NCBI GenBank assembly: GCA_963714015.1
Contig: OY970223.1
Span: forward strand, 1,888,001 to 1,952,000
DNA: 64,000 bases
Source: Vulcanimicrobiota bacterium
Lineage (GTDB): Bacteria > Vulcanimicrobiota > Vulcanimicrobiia > Vulcanimicrobiales > Vulcanimicrobiaceae
Reading direction: 5' to 3'
Shown: one piece after another, positions 1 through 10,129 of the stretch
Position numbering within the stretch: position 1 is the first letter of the stretch
Layout: each line of letters begins with the position of its first letter
Program-made: the position numbers and the translations under genes
Notes under the pieces: generated by a model
What the model was told of the DNA's origin: nothing
Databases searched by the model: none
What the model saw: only the letters and a program-made list of their open reading frames with translations

Positions 1-251
1 CAGGAATGAGCACCGATGGCGATCAGTTGCATGCCGTTGGATATGCTCCAGTGCACCTTGTCCGGATTGATCAGGTCGAGCGTAACCGACTCTTGCGGTT
101 CCTTGATGTCGACGTGGACTGAATTCACGTTTTGAAAGGCAGTTTTTACCGCTGCGAGGTCGCTTGCCGGATCTGCGAATGCCGGCTGAGCGGCTAATGA
201 AGTGAACGAGGCGACGGTGAATGCGAAAAGCCAAAGGATCTGTCTAGTCAC
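1..251 (-). CDS. Secreted hypothetical protein (partial, runs off window)
   Basis: Hand translation from GTG at 251 gives MTRQILWLFAFTVASFTSLAAQPAFADPASD..., a signal peptide with an AxA site. AAGGAG RBS upstream; frame open to the window edge. Confidence 0.7.
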   Translation of the reverse strand, partial: MTRQILWLFAFTVASFTSLAAQPAFADPASDLAAVKTAFQNVNSVHVDIKEPQESVTLDLINPDKVHWSISNGMQLIAIGAHS

Positions 252-286
252 GAGATACTCCTTTCGATGTGCGCTGCGATTGCGTA

Positions 287-1907
287 TTACGGCGTTGAAA
301 GATGATTGAGAACCGCGCGCGCGAGCGTTTCGGAGGCTGCGAGCGCAGGAGAACGCGAGCCCTGAACGAGCAGTTGGAACGCCATGTCGGCCTTGACGAC
401 AGTGAGCGTGCCCTCTTTCCACGACGCTTTATCGCCGAGTCCCGAAAGCATCTGCGCATCGGTGAAGGCGCTCGAAAGGCCCGGCGGCAGGTTGGGAACG
501 CCCGGCACGCCGAGCACCGACTGCACCGCGCGCAGGCAGCCGAATCCGTGACACGCTGTTGCGGCTTGAACGGGATGCATCGTCAGCACCACGGTTCGCG
601 CCGGAGCTCCGCCGTGTGATGATACAGCCCAGGCGCATTCGTTCGCAGACGAATGCTGCGCGGTGCCCAGCGATGAAACGCCGACGCCCAGCGCCGATGC
701 GACGTCGGGCGAGCCGAGCATGCCGCACGGATCGACGTTCAGACTCGAGCCGTTAGACGATGCTTGTTGCCGTGCTGCAGGCTGCGCCGCGGCGGACGGG
801 GCCTGCACGGGTGCGGGCTGCGCCGGTTGGGGCGTTTGCAGCGCATCCTGTCCCGGTGCCATCGTAACGGTTCCCCCGCAGGTCAAGACTGATGCGAAAG
901 TTCGCCGGGCTGCGATACTGTGGAACCGGAATCGCAAGTTTTATTTTCTCTTGCGTAGCGGCATCGAACGTCACGAGCAGCCGTGTCGGCGCATCCGCGG
1001 CGTTGAAGGTGCCCCAAGAAATGAGCTGATCGAACGTGTACGGCACGCCCGGAGCGAATGGTAGATTTCGCGAGCCCAATGAAAAGCCGCCGACGACGTT
1101 GGCCGAGGAAGAATCGTTGCCGCTCTTCGTGGCGAGAAATTCGTCGCTGGTGTTCGTCGGTGCTACGCGATTGCCGATGTCGGCCAATCCGCCCGGGAAC
1201 ACCTTCATGTGGGTGATGTTGATCCATTCTTGCCGGATATGCCAGCCGAATTGATTTTTCGCGACGGTCCCGACGGGAAAGGGCGTCACGGCGAGCACGC
1301 GCATCTTCCAAATGCCGTTGGACATCCACTGATTCATGCACCCTTGCTGAGCCGCGAGCTGTGAGGAACCGCCTTGCGCCTGCGCTGCAGCTCCTGCGGC
1401 AACGCAATCCAGGTTGTAGTCAAAGTTGTATTGGCGAGTAGAAAAGTGCGGTTTGTTCATTCGCGCGAGTACCTGGCCGTCGAATGTTACGTCGAGCGAC
1501 CTCGGCTTGTCCGAGGGATCGACTTTCATATTGGGGCCGAAGAACGATTGCGTATACGTGAACTCTCCCGCCGGCGCAAAGTTATTAAAGACCAGCGCCT
1601 GCTGGTTGTGTCCCTCCGCCGTGAGCGACAAGGCGGAAAGATTCAACGTCTCTTCCTTGAATTGCGAATCTGCCGGAGAAAGTTCGCGCGAGGTACCGTT
1701 ACGCCACGTTTGCGTGATGCGCCATCCGGTCTGCTGCGAGCCGTCCATAATCGGCTCCGCCTTGGTCACCTTGGCTCGCCAGAGGCCGTTGAACAGCCAC
1801 TGATTCATACATCCGGTGCGAGTGTCGCTTTGTGCGATCGCTTGTACCGGCGCCGCAATCTGGGTAGCCGCGACAAGCGCAGCGAGCAAGAAAGCCTTGG
1901 TTCTCAT
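287..1907 (-). CDS. Secreted protein with two internal repeat domains and a C-terminal Cys-containing domain (one frameshift near 885)
   Basis: ORF 753..1907 has a signal peptide and repeats GCMNQWLFNGLW / GCMNQWMSNGIW. It joins ORF 287..937 if one T is removed, giving FRISL-TCGGTVTM, which matches YNLDC at the end of repeat 1. Confidence 0.65.
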
Positions 1908-2080
1908 TGCATAACACCTCGAGAAACTTCCCTTGCTCAGAGGCTAACAGCGAGGCGTCCCCACAACGTCCCACCGCCTTGCCGCGCGGTGCGAGCGCTG
2001 CAACCGCAGGTAAGGAAAGGCCGGTTCCGGGTGGGAATACCGGCAAGCCCCTCGGGGATATACGATAAGACTTTAGGATA

Positions 2081-2764
2081 ATGACGCTTTTCCAGACTAT
2101 CGCGGCCGATTTGAAGGCCGTTCTGCAGCGCGACCCGGCGGCTCGAGGGCCGGTGGACGTGCTGCTGTCCTACCCGGGATTTCACGCGGTGACGGCACAC
2201 CGCTTTATTCACGAGCTTTGGCGGGCCGGGATTCCACTGCTGCCGCGCTTTCTTTCAAACGTAAACCGCTTTTGGACCGGCATCGAAATCCATCCGGCCG
2301 CAAAACTTGGATCGGCGTTTTTCATCGACCACGGAATGGGGGTGGTGATCGGCGAGACGGCCGAGGTGGGAGAGAGCTGCACGATTTATCAGGGCGTCAC
2401 GCTGGGCGGAACGAGTCTCTCGCACGGCAAGCGGCATCCGACTCTGGGCAATAACGTGACGGTGGGCGTGAGTGCGGTGGTCCTGGGCGCCATTACGATC
2501 GGCGACAACGCGAAGATTGGCGGCGGTTCCGTCGTCGTCAAAGACGTGCCCGCGAATTCGACCGTTGTCGGCGTTCCGGCTCGCGTGGTGATGCAGGACG
2601 GCGTTCCCGTGAAATTGGTACCGGAGCGGCCCCACGTTGACATGCCCGATCCAAATGCCGACTCCATTGCGCAGCTTCAGAAGCGCATTCGCGATTTGGA
2701 AGCGCGTTTCGACGCGATCGAACGAGAAGAAGATTCGCAGTCTTCGTGGTCGTGGGTCGTTTGA
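2081..2764 (+). CDS. cysE: Serine O-acetyltransferase
   Basis: RDPAA, YPGFHA, TGIEIHP, FIDHGMGVVIGETA, KRHPT hexapeptide motifs; precedes cysS. Confidence 0.95.
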   Translation: MTLFQTIAADLKAVLQRDPAARGPVDVLLSYPGFHAVTAHRFIHELWRAGIPLLPRFLSNVNRFWTGIEIHPAAKLGSAFFIDHGMGVVIGETAEVGESCTIYQGVTLGGTSLSHGKRHPTLGNNVTVGVSAVVLGAITIGDNAKIGGGSVVVKDVPANSTVVGVPARVVMQDGVPVKLVPERPHVDMPDPNADSIAQLQKRIRDLEARFDAIEREEDSQSSWSWVV

Positions 2765-2766
2765 CG

Positions 2767-4200
2767 ATGCGGCTGTACAACACCCGGACGCGAACCCTCG
2801 AAGCATTTGCGCCGTTGGATCCTCCTCGAGTCCGCATCTACGTGTGCGGACTCACGCCATCGGCGGAGGCGCACCTGGGGCATGCGCGTTCGTTCTTGTT
2901 TTTTGACGTGCTGCGCCGTTATTTGAAGTACTCGGGTTATGACGTTACGTACGTGCAAAACGTCACCGACATCGACGATAGAAGCATCAATCGCGCAAAA
3001 GAGACCGGTGAGGACTGGTACGACATCGTCAGCCGGTACTACGCTTCGTTCAAGCGGTCGATTCACGACCGGTTGGGCGTGCTGCCTTTTGACGAAGAGC
3101 CGTACGCGACGAAGTTCATTCCGCAAATAGTCGCGATGATAGCGCAACTTCAAGAGCAGGGGTATGCGTACGTCGCCAGGGACGGCGTGTATTACCGCGT
3201 CGCGAAATTTTCGCGCTACGGACGGCTGAGCAACAAGAACATCGAGGAACTGGAAGCCGGCGCGCGCATTGAAGTGGACGAGTTCAAAGAAGATCCGCTG
3301 GATTTTGCGCTCTGGAAGTTTGCGAAACCGGGCGAGCCCAAATGGCCCTCCCCCTGGGGTGAGGGGCGCCCAGGCTGGCATATCGAGTGCTCGGCAATGT
3401 CGCAGCAGCTGCTCGATCCCCAAAGCCGGGGATTCGACATACACGGCGGCGGCGCGGATCTGATTTTTCCGCATCACGAAAACGAGATCGCGCAGAGCGA
3501 GCCGCTGATGATTCATCCGCCCATGGCGAATTTTTGGATGCACGGCGGCCTGCTGCTGTTTGACAATTTGAAGATGAGCAAGTCGCTGGGCAACTTTGAA
3601 CCGCTCTGGGAATTGCTCGACCGGCACGATCCGCAGGCGATCCGTTTGTTGTTTCTGCAAACCGGTTATCGCAAAGTGATGAATTTTACGGAAGATTCGA
3701 TAACCGGTGCGGCGACGGCGCTGGAGCGCCTGAAGCGAACATATCGCGAGTTGCGCGCTCGGCATGATGGAGCGAGCGGCGCAGCTGAAAGCGGTTTGAT
3801 GCAGCGAGTCTCGCAAGCGCTCGATGACGACATGAATACAGCCGTCGCCTTGGCTGAAGTGCTTTCATTTAAAGACGGGTCGCTGCAAGAATACGCGACG
3901 GCGCTGGACGTATTGGGATTGACGGCGAGTGATTCTTGGCTGGAAGCGCCGCCGCGGTTTTTGCCGCCGGATTTTGTCGAAGCGTTGTCGTCGGCGATCG
4001 CCGGTATGCCGGAATTGGCAGACGGTTCGTTGAACGGTGTCAGTGCCGAAGAGGCCATTGCGCGCGTGATTGAGCGGCGCAGACAAGCCCGCGCGAACAA
4101 GGATTGGAGCACGTCGGATCGGCTGCGCGATGCATTGGCGGCTTGCGGCGTGGCGCTGAAAGATTCGAAAGAAGGCACAACGTGGAGCGTAGACGCCTGA
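2767..4200 (+). CDS. cysS: Cysteine-tRNA ligase
   Basis: [44 protein letters not shown]. Confidence 0.97.
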   Translation: MRLYNTRTRTLEAFAPLDPPRVRIYVCGLTPSAEAHLGHARSFLFFDVLRRYLKYSGYDVTYVQNVTDIDDRSINRAKETGEDWYDIVSRYYASFKRSIHDRLGVLPFDEEPYATKFIPQIVAMIAQLQEQGYAYVARDGVYYRVAKFSRYGRLSNKNIEELEAGARIEVDEFKEDPLDFALWKFAKPGEPKWPSPWGEGRPGWHIECSAMSQQLLDPQSRGFDIHGGGADLIFPHHENEIAQSEPLMIHPPMANFWMHGGLLLFDNLKMSKSLGNFEPLWELLDRHDPQAIRLLFLQTGYRKVMNFTEDSITGAATALERLKRTYRELRARHDGASGAAESGLMQRVSQALDDDMNTAVALAEVLSFKDGSLQEYATALDVLGLTASDSWLEAPPRFLPPDFVEALSSAIAGMPELADGSLNGVSAEEAIARVIERRRQARANKDWSTSDRLRDALAACGVALKDSKEGTTWSVDA

Positions 4201-4997
4201 ACCGCCGGCACGCCGAGCGTCGGCAAGACATCGACTTTGACGCCCTGATCTACGGTGTCCACGCCGTAGAGGAGGCCCTGCTCGCGGGGGAGGAGCTGCG
4301 CTTGATCCACGTCGCGGACGAACGCCGGCGGGATCCCGTATTGCGCAACCTGCTGCAGACGGCTCGCGAAAAGCAGCTCCCCGTGCACTTTGAGAATCGC
4401 GAGTTTTTCGGCAGGTTTCCCTATAAGGCCCATCAGGGTGTCGTTGCTTTTGGGCCGCCGTTCCCATACGCGTCGCTCGAGGACATTCTAGGTTCCCGCG
4501 CCGGCGATCCGCTGCTGATTGTGGTCCTGGACCACGTCACGGATCCGCACAACGTCGGCGCGATAATTCGAACCGCCGAATGCGCCGGCGCGAGCGGTGT
4601 CGTGATGCCGGAACGCCGCGCCGCCGGCGTTAATGCCACCGTGCGTAAAGCGGCAGCGGGCGCGACGGCGCACATTCCCGTAGCGCGCGTGTCGAACGTC
4701 GCGGATGCGCTGCGCCGCTTGAAAAAAGCGAACGTTTGGGTTGCGGGCGCGCACCTTTCCTCCGAAAGCGTCGATTATCGTGAGGCCGACTTTGCCCGCG
4801 ATCTCGCCCTAGTGATCGGTGCCGAAGGCACGGGACTGGCGCAGCTCGTTCGACGTGAATGCGACTATCTGGTCAGCATTCCGGTGCTCGGCAAGATTGA
4901 CTCGCTGAACGCATCGGTGGCGGCCGGCGTGCTGCTGTACGAAGCGGTTCGCCAACGGCGCGCTCAGTCTTTTGGCGCCTTGACTCAGCCGCAGTAG
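4182..4997 (+). CDS. rlmB: 23S rRNA (Gm2251) 2'-O-methyltransferase, TrmH/SpoU family
   Basis: IYGVHAVEEAL, HQGVVA, DPHNVGAIIRTA, GAEGTG, SLNASVA; conserved position after cysS; start approximate. Confidence 0.9.
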   Translation: MERRRLNRRHAERRQDIDFDALIYGVHAVEEALLAGEELRLIHVADERRRDPVLRNLLQTAREKQLPVHFENREFFGRFPYKAHQGVVAFGPPFPYASLEDILGSRAGDPLLIVVLDHVTDPHNVGAIIRTAECAGASGVVMPERRAAGVNATVRKAAAGATAHIPVARVSNVADALRRLKKANVWVAGAHLSSESVDYREADFARDLALVIGAEGTGLAQLVRRECDYLVSIPVLGKIDSLNASVAAGVLLYEAVRQRRAQSFGALTQPQ

Positions 4998-5006
4998 TGG
5001 GCCCGT

Positions 5007-6599
5007 TTACGAAATGGAACGCAGCCGGCGTCGCTTATGCGCCTGCTTCATTTCGTACATTGCGCGGTCGGCAGCCGCGAGCAGATCGTCGGGCGTCGCG
5101 GCATCGTGCGGAAAGAGCGCTACGCCGACGCTGACGCCGATGTCGATGTTTTTGCCCCCGACGGCGAGCGGCGTCACCAGAATGTTGGCCACTTTTTCGC
5201 GGAGAATTAGAGACCCTTCCGGCGACGTGTGGGCGATAATCGCGAATTCGTCACCGCCGAAGCGCGCCAGTTCGTCCGATTCACGTATTGAACCCTTCAA
5301 ACGCCTCGCGACGATACGCAGCACTTCGTCGCCGGTTTGGTGGCCGAATGAGTCGTTTACGTCCTTGAACCCGTCGAGGTCGACGAAAAGTATCGCGAAG
5401 ACTTCTTGGAATCGCTGTGCTCGGGTGACCGTCGTCTTCAGCCGCTCGTCGAAGGCAATGCGATTGAGCGCTCCCGTAAGCGGATCGAAATATGCCAGCG
5501 TCTGCAGTTCTGCGTTCCGCTGCTCGGTGCGCTGCTTGTCGAGGGCGAGCAATCGCATTCGCTCGACGACGCCGAGCGAAAGAATCAGGATTTGGATGGT
5601 CCACCCGGCAACGATTTGATCGGTGAATTGACCTATGGCGACCGGTACAAAGCCCACGAGGAAGATGCGCGCCGGAAAATCGTGACGCGCTCGAATGGAC
5701 GCGGCGACGATGGTCAGCGCCATTCCGGCAATCAACGATCCAAGCGACACCATCCCTAGCGCCGGCCACGTCCAGAGCGGGAACGCCAGAACGACGACGG
5801 TGGAGAAAACGGCAATCAGCAAGCCGTCGAGTAATTTCGAAGTGGCTCTGGTGCTCAGAAACGTGCGAATGAAGACCAGGAACGCGACAAACGATGCGGC
5901 GTTGAGAAAAGCAGCAACCCATGCGTTCAACGTGCCGTTCGGCCACAGATAGGCATCGCCGATGCCGCTGACGCCGAGCACGTACGCCGCGATGGAGACG
6001 ATGTACACGGCGAAGAGCGCGGCGCCGCGATCGCGCATCACCACCGCCATGTAGATGTTTGCTGCGCCTACGGCAAGAACGACGCCGAAAAACAGTCCGA
6101 GTATAAGGCGCGCGAGAAGCGCGCTGTCGGCGACTGCGCGCGCCGGTGCTAATTCAACCTGGAGCGGTTCTCCGGGATCGAGATGCAGGTGCACGTAGAT
6201 CGGCTCGGAGCCGGTACGCGCGACGTCGATCAGGGCCCCGACGCGAGGAAAGGCCGCCGGTTTTCGCGCCGCGGGCATTTCGGAGCCGGTCCGGTATTCA
6301 GTGTAACCACCGGGTCCGTTCGGCACGTAGATCTGCGCGAGCGGCAGATCCGGCGACAAAGCGAGGGCCCACATTGCCGGAGCATCCGGCGTCCGCTGCA
6401 CGGCAAAACGCAGCCAAAGATCTCGGCCGCGTGCCGTCCCGGTGAGCCGTTCATAAGGAACAAACCGGACGCGCCCCGCTAAGACGTCAGAAGCAGAGAC
6501 GTTTCCGTTTGCCGCCGCGGTTTGCGGTAATGCGTCGACAGCCTTGGCGTGCGGCGGTAAAAGGATCAATGCCAATGCCGCGATGACCGAGAGGTGCAC
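5007..6599 (-). CDS. Membrane diguanylate cyclase (7TM-DISM-like sensor + GGDEF)
   Basis: Signal peptide, extracellular domain, ~6-7 TM segments, DPLTGALNR, DLDGFKDVND, RESD I-site, intact GGDEF. Confidence 0.9.
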   Translation of the reverse strand: MHLSVIAALALILLPPHAKAVDALPQTAAANGNVSASDVLAGRVRFVPYERLTGTARGRDLWLRFAVQRTPDAPAMWALALSPDLPLAQIYVPNGPGGYTEYRTGSEMPAARKPAAFPRVGALIDVARTGSEPIYVHLHLDPGEPLQVELAPARAVADSALLARLILGLFFGVVLAVGAANIYMAVVMRDRGAALFAVYIVSIAAYVLGVSGIGDAYLWPNGTLNAWVAAFLNAASFVAFLVFIRTFLSTRATSKLLDGLLIAVFSTVVVLAFPLWTWPALGMVSLGSLIAGMALTIVAASIRARHDFPARIFLVGFVPVAIGQFTDQIVAGWTIQILILSLGVVERMRLLALDKQRTEQRNAELQTLAYFDPLTGALNRIAFDERLKTTVTRAQRFQEVFAILFVDLDGFKDVNDSFGHQTGDEVLRIVARRLKGSIRESDELARFGGDEFAIIAHTSPEGSLILREKVANILVTPLAVGGKNIDIGVSVGVALFPHDAATPDDLLAAADRAMYEMKQAHKRRRLRSIS

Positions 6600-6759
6600 T
6601 GTTGGTAACCCCTTTATTCATCGGCGGATCGCTCGGCAGGACTGAGGGCATTTTGGCGTTTCGCCGCAATTTGACGCTCGGTCGAGGCAAGCCGGTGGCC
6701 TCTTGCTGCGCGGTTGGTTCACGCCTGCTCGCCTGGGCGGTCCCCTGCTCCTCTTGTCC

Positions 6760-6788
6760 TTGACGCGCAAGGAGTACCCTCTTATACT
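6760..6788 (+). promoter_or_regulatory. Sigma70-type promoter for sigH
   Basis: TTGACG-N17-TATACT, ~75 bp upstream of the sigH start. Confidence 0.6.
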
Positions 6789-6861
6789 GTTCGGGATGTG
6801 CCGCGCTTGACGGGCCCCGGCCCGCGATTTGCGCACATTGGTCCAGAGGGCAAAGCGAGTT

Positions 6862-7510
6862 ATGGCAATGACCCATCCTATCCCGGATGGACTCGACTAC
6901 CACGAGCGGGCTGATGAGGATTTGGTCGCGACCGCTAAATCGGGCGACAACCTCGCGATGGAATTCCTGCTCAATAAGTACAAAAATTTCGTCCGCATCA
7001 AAGCGAAGAGTTACTTCTTAATCGGGGCCGACCGCGAAGACATCATCCAAGAGGGCATGATCGGTCTGTACAAAGCCGTTCGCGACTTCAAGGCGGACAA
7101 GCTTTCCAGTTTTCGCGCCTTTGCGGAGCTGTGCATCACGCGTCAGATCATCACCGCGATCAAGACGGCGACCCGTCAGAAGCATATTCCGCTCAACCAA
7201 TACATTTCTCTGAACAAGCCGATCTATGACGAGGACAGCGAACGCACGCTGCTGGACGTCATGGCTTCGCAAAAGACGTCCGATCCCGAAGAGCTCGTGA
7301 TCAATCAGGAAGTCTCTCAGGACATCAAGGAACGCATTCAGGAGAATCTCTCGGAACTGGAGTCTCAGGTGCTGCTCTCGTATCTCGAGGGAAAGAGTCT
7401 ACCAGGAGATGGCGCGCGACTTGGGCCGGCACGTGAAGTCGATCGACAACGCGCTGCAGCGCGTCAAACGTAAGATCGAGAAGAACCTCTCGGAGATCGA
7501 ACTTCCGTAA
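6862..7510 (+). CDS. sigH: RNA polymerase sigma factor SigH (frameshift near 7398)
   Basis: YFLIGADREDIIQEGMIGLYKA, FAELCITRQIITAIKTATRQKHIPLN. The shifted frame continues GKSYQEMA...KSIDNALQRVKRK to TAA at 7510. Confidence 0.93.
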
Positions 7511-7531
7511 TTCTTTTTTTTGCGAATGCAG

Positions 7532-7562
7532 AGACGCCGGCTAACCGCCGGCGTCTTTTTTT
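7532..7562 (+). terminator. Intrinsic terminator after sigH
   Basis: AGACGCCGGC-taacc-GCCGGCGTCT followed by a T-run. Confidence 0.8.
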
Positions 7563-7636
7563 GTCACACTTAGGCATGGTTACAAGCGCGCTATGAACGT
7601 TGAGGATACGGCTCCCGACTCCGCATTGCCGACCGC

Positions 7637-7789
7637 TTAGAAGCGGATGTAATGCACCGCGTGAGCAAACAGATACAGAAGAATTAGAATAACGAATACG
7701 ATTGCCGCCGCGCGCAACAGGCAGCCGGCAACACGCACCGCGATCACCACGAGAACGATGACGACCAGTACGAAGATGAGTGTCGTCAT
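7637..7789 (-). CDS. Small hydrophobic membrane protein (50 aa)
   Basis: MTTLIFVLVVIVLVVIAVRVAGCLLRAAAIVFVILILLYLFAHAVHYIRF*; ATG overlaps the upstream TGA (ATGA). Below the ORF-track cutoff. Confidence 0.65.
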   Translation of the reverse strand: MTTLIFVLVVIVLVVIAVRVAGCLLRAAAIVFVILILLYLFAHAVHYIRF

Positions 7790-8184
7790 GAGGCGCCGGA
7801 ACCGGCCTGCCGATCGTCTTCGTAGTGTTCGAAGGCCGGTCGCCCCTCGTCGATAACTAAACGGTTGACGATAGTAGTGTAGAGCGCCTCGCGATCGGCG
7901 AGCGGATCGATAACGAAGGCTTCGGTCGCTTTTTCGTCGCTTTGCGGATCGATCACGACGGTCACTCGCCGGCGCGCACAGACGTCGAGGCAGCTCGTGC
8001 TGATCGCCCGCACCCTACCCCAATACCCGTCTTCCTTGAGCCGTTTTTTGAGCCAGTCGCGCAAATGGAAGTCGCCGATCTCCGCAGCTTTGTCGGGATC
8101 TTCTTCGGGAATGCGTTCCTTGCAGCAACGCTCGCACACCAGCACGAGACCGGAATTCGTCCATTTGGGGGTTACGGGCTGCAT
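7786..8184 (-). CDS. Thioredoxin-like [2Fe-2S] ferredoxin-domain protein
   Basis: VLVCERC ... TSCLDVC cysteine pattern. Confidence 0.6.
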   Translation of the reverse strand: MQPVTPKWTNSGLVLVCERCCKERIPEEDPDKAAEIGDFHLRDWLKKRLKEDGYWGRVRAISTSCLDVCARRRVTVVIDPQSDEKATEAFVIDPLADREALYTTIVNRLVIDEGRPAFEHYEDDRQAGSGAS

Positions 8185-8239
8185 GCTTTCTTTCACTAGA
8201 AGTTGTGGAGGCCCGGCCGGGCGGGCCTCCGATTCCGCA

Positions 8240-8322
8240 AGCCGACGGCCGGATTCGAACCGGCGCGCTCTTTCGAGTCCTCATTACAAGTGAGGTGCGT
8301 TCAACCGCTCCGCCACGTCGGC
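8240..8322 (-). tRNA. tRNA-Thr(UGU) with long variable arm
   Basis: GCCGACG/CGTCGGC acceptor, CCTCA-CT-TGT-AA-TGAGG anticodon arm, GCCGG-TTCGAAT-CCGGC T arm, U73, 14-nt variable region; CCA not encoded. Confidence 0.88.
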
Positions 8323-8557
8323 GTGAAGCCACGGTCTCTTACCGGGGGGGATAGATCATACCTCCCCGGCTCCGGAACGGATTTTCGCAGCCGCCGCGCC
8401 TAACGGCCATCTCGACCGCGATCGGAACGCGCGCAAAGTCGCGCCGTTCAGTCATCCGGCTGCGCACGAGATTGTGCGCATATTTAATAGGGCGATCCGT
8501 TTGAGTGACGCGCTGCAAAGTAAAAGAATTGCATTTTCGGGTCGAGAATTTAACGGC

Positions 8558-9025
8558 ATGGACAACGCGCAGCAACTACAGCTCCGGCGTGCCGGCCCGA
8601 GCGATCTGGAAACGCTGCTCCCGCTGGTTGGGGCTTACCGGGCGTTTTACGGGCAAGAATGTGATACCGGCAAAGAGCGCGGGTTCGTGGAGTCGCATCT
8701 GCGCGCCGGAACGTCGATCATTTACTTGGCCTGCAGTACCGAAGCGCACGGAGATATAGCGGGTTTCATTCAGTTGTTTGCGGCCTATTCGACCGTGCAT
8801 CTCGCGCCGTCGTGGATACTGGAAGACCTCTTTGTTACGCCCGCAGCTCGGGGGCGCGGTGTCGCCACGGCGCTCTTGGAACGTGCGCTGATGCATGCGC
8901 GCAGTAGCGGAGCATGCGCGATGTTTTTGGAGACCGCAATCGAGAACGTCACGGCGCAGCGCGTATACGAGCGAGCCGGCTGGGCGCGGGAGGGGCGTTT
9001 TCTTAAATACAACGCCCCACTTTAG
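8558..9025 (+). CDS. GNAT-family N-acetyltransferase
   Basis: LEDLFVTPAARGRGVATALL, NVTAQRVYERAGW. Confidence 0.88.
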   Translation: MDNAQQLQLRRAGPSDLETLLPLVGAYRAFYGQECDTGKERGFVESHLRAGTSIIYLACSTEAHGDIAGFIQLFAAYSTVHLAPSWILEDLFVTPAARGRGVATALLERALMHARSSGACAMFLETAIENVTAQRVYERAGWAREGRFLKYNAPL

Positions 9026-9036
9026 AACCGCGAGGG

Positions 9037-9522
9037 TTAGGTCGAGCCGCTGAGGCGCTCCGCCATCTGCAGGTGCGAACGCAGTACCGGCAGGCTTTCG
9101 CGCGCGAACATACGCAAGCTGGGGTTTCGGCCATTGTTCGCTTCTTGCTCGAAGAGCGCGATCGTCTTTTTGTGATCGGCGACTTCCTTTGTTAAATAGG
9201 CCGGACCGGGTTGCTCCGAAGGTTGCGGAGCTTGCGCGATCCCTTGATTGACCTGCGCGGTCATTCCGAGCTTTTGGGCAAGAGCGGCAAGCTGGGTGTT
9301 GTTTTTGCTGTGGTCGCCGATCATGCGGACTGCAAACTGGCCCGCGTTCGCGTCGGAACTGTGCTGCTCGGCTTTGCCTTCACGAACTTCTTCGGTCCCC
9401 GACATGGCGGCCTTTGTGACAAATGCAGAGTCGCTCGCGGCCATCGCGCTTGCGGCCGGAGCGGCCGTGACGAACGATGCGGCGGCGCAGAGCGCCCCTG
9501 CTACTAATAAGTGCGATTTCAT
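9037..9522 (-). CDS. DUF4142-like secreted protein
   Basis: Signal peptide; DSAFV..AA, FAVRMIGDH, DHKKTIALF, LPVLRSHLQMA. Confidence 0.8.
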   Translation of the reverse strand: MKSHLLVAGALCAAASFVTAAPAASAMAASDSAFVTKAAMSGTEEVREGKAEQHSSDANAGQFAVRMIGDHSKNNTQLAALAQKLGMTAQVNQGIAQAPQPSEQPGPAYLTKEVADHKKTIALFEQEANNGRNPSLRMFARESLPVLRSHLQMAERLSGST

Positions 9523-9641
9523 GGGTCCATGTTTTCCAACGATCCTTGTTTTACACGGGGCGGGCGGTCACTGTGCGGCATCTGCTTTGAGCCGCCTGCT
9601 CGCTTGTGTTTGACCGGCCCTTGGCGCGGAAAGAGCAACGC

Positions 9642-10079
9642 ATGGACCTGACGACCGACTATCCGCGAAGTCCGCGCGACGAACTCGGCGGGATGATGAT
9701 TCTGCCCCGCGCAATCGACAAAGCTCGCGCGCAGTTGGAAGGCAAACTGGGAGAGTACGTTTATTACGGTTGCCGTTTCAATTTGAAGTTGTTCAACACG
9801 CTGGGCGTTACCGAAGACGAGTTCTTGGACGCGGTACGCGGCACGCAAAGCGACGAAGAAGTCTTGGAATGGATTTGCGATCTCGTTCGCCCGGAACCGG
9901 CAAAAGTCGAAGCAATGAATCAATGGATTCGCTCGAACGCGCCTTCGGAAGAAGAACGCGAACGTTTTTGTTCGGAGCTCGAATCCATCGATCCCGGCAA
10001 CGATCAGGTAAACACGTGGACCGAGCTTATCGACTTGGAAGAGGGACGGTTGGAAAAAGAGAGTTCGACTGCCACCTAA
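9642..10079 (+). CDS. DUF5069-like protein
   Basis: DLTTDYPRSPR..LGGM..LPRAIDKARA...LGEY, C-terminal IDLEEGR. Confidence 0.75.
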   Translation: MDLTTDYPRSPRDELGGMMILPRAIDKARAQLEGKLGEYVYYGCRFNLKLFNTLGVTEDEFLDAVRGTQSDEEVLEWICDLVRPEPAKVEAMNQWIRSNAPSEEERERFCSELESIDPGNDQVNTWTELIDLEEGRLEKESSTAT

Positions 10080-10083
10080 GGAA

Positions 10084-10105
10084 AGGGCTCGCGTGCGCGA
10101 GCCCT
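10084..10105. terminator. Hairpin between convergent genes
   Basis: AGGGCTCGCG-tg-CGCGAGCCCT. Confidence 0.55.
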
Positions 10106-10129
10106 CTCTCGTTGATTGAAATGCGTTTC

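Noticed and set aside
1908..2070. c-di-GMP-I riboswitch upstream of the secreted protein
   Set aside because: A hairpin followed by GGGACG is present, but GGCAAA, the GNRA loop and GCAAAG are missing.
2677..3816. Long antisense ORFs (here and opposite cysN, recA, fliF, fliG)
   Set aside because: Shadow frames expected in GC-rich coding DNA; no recognisable motifs.
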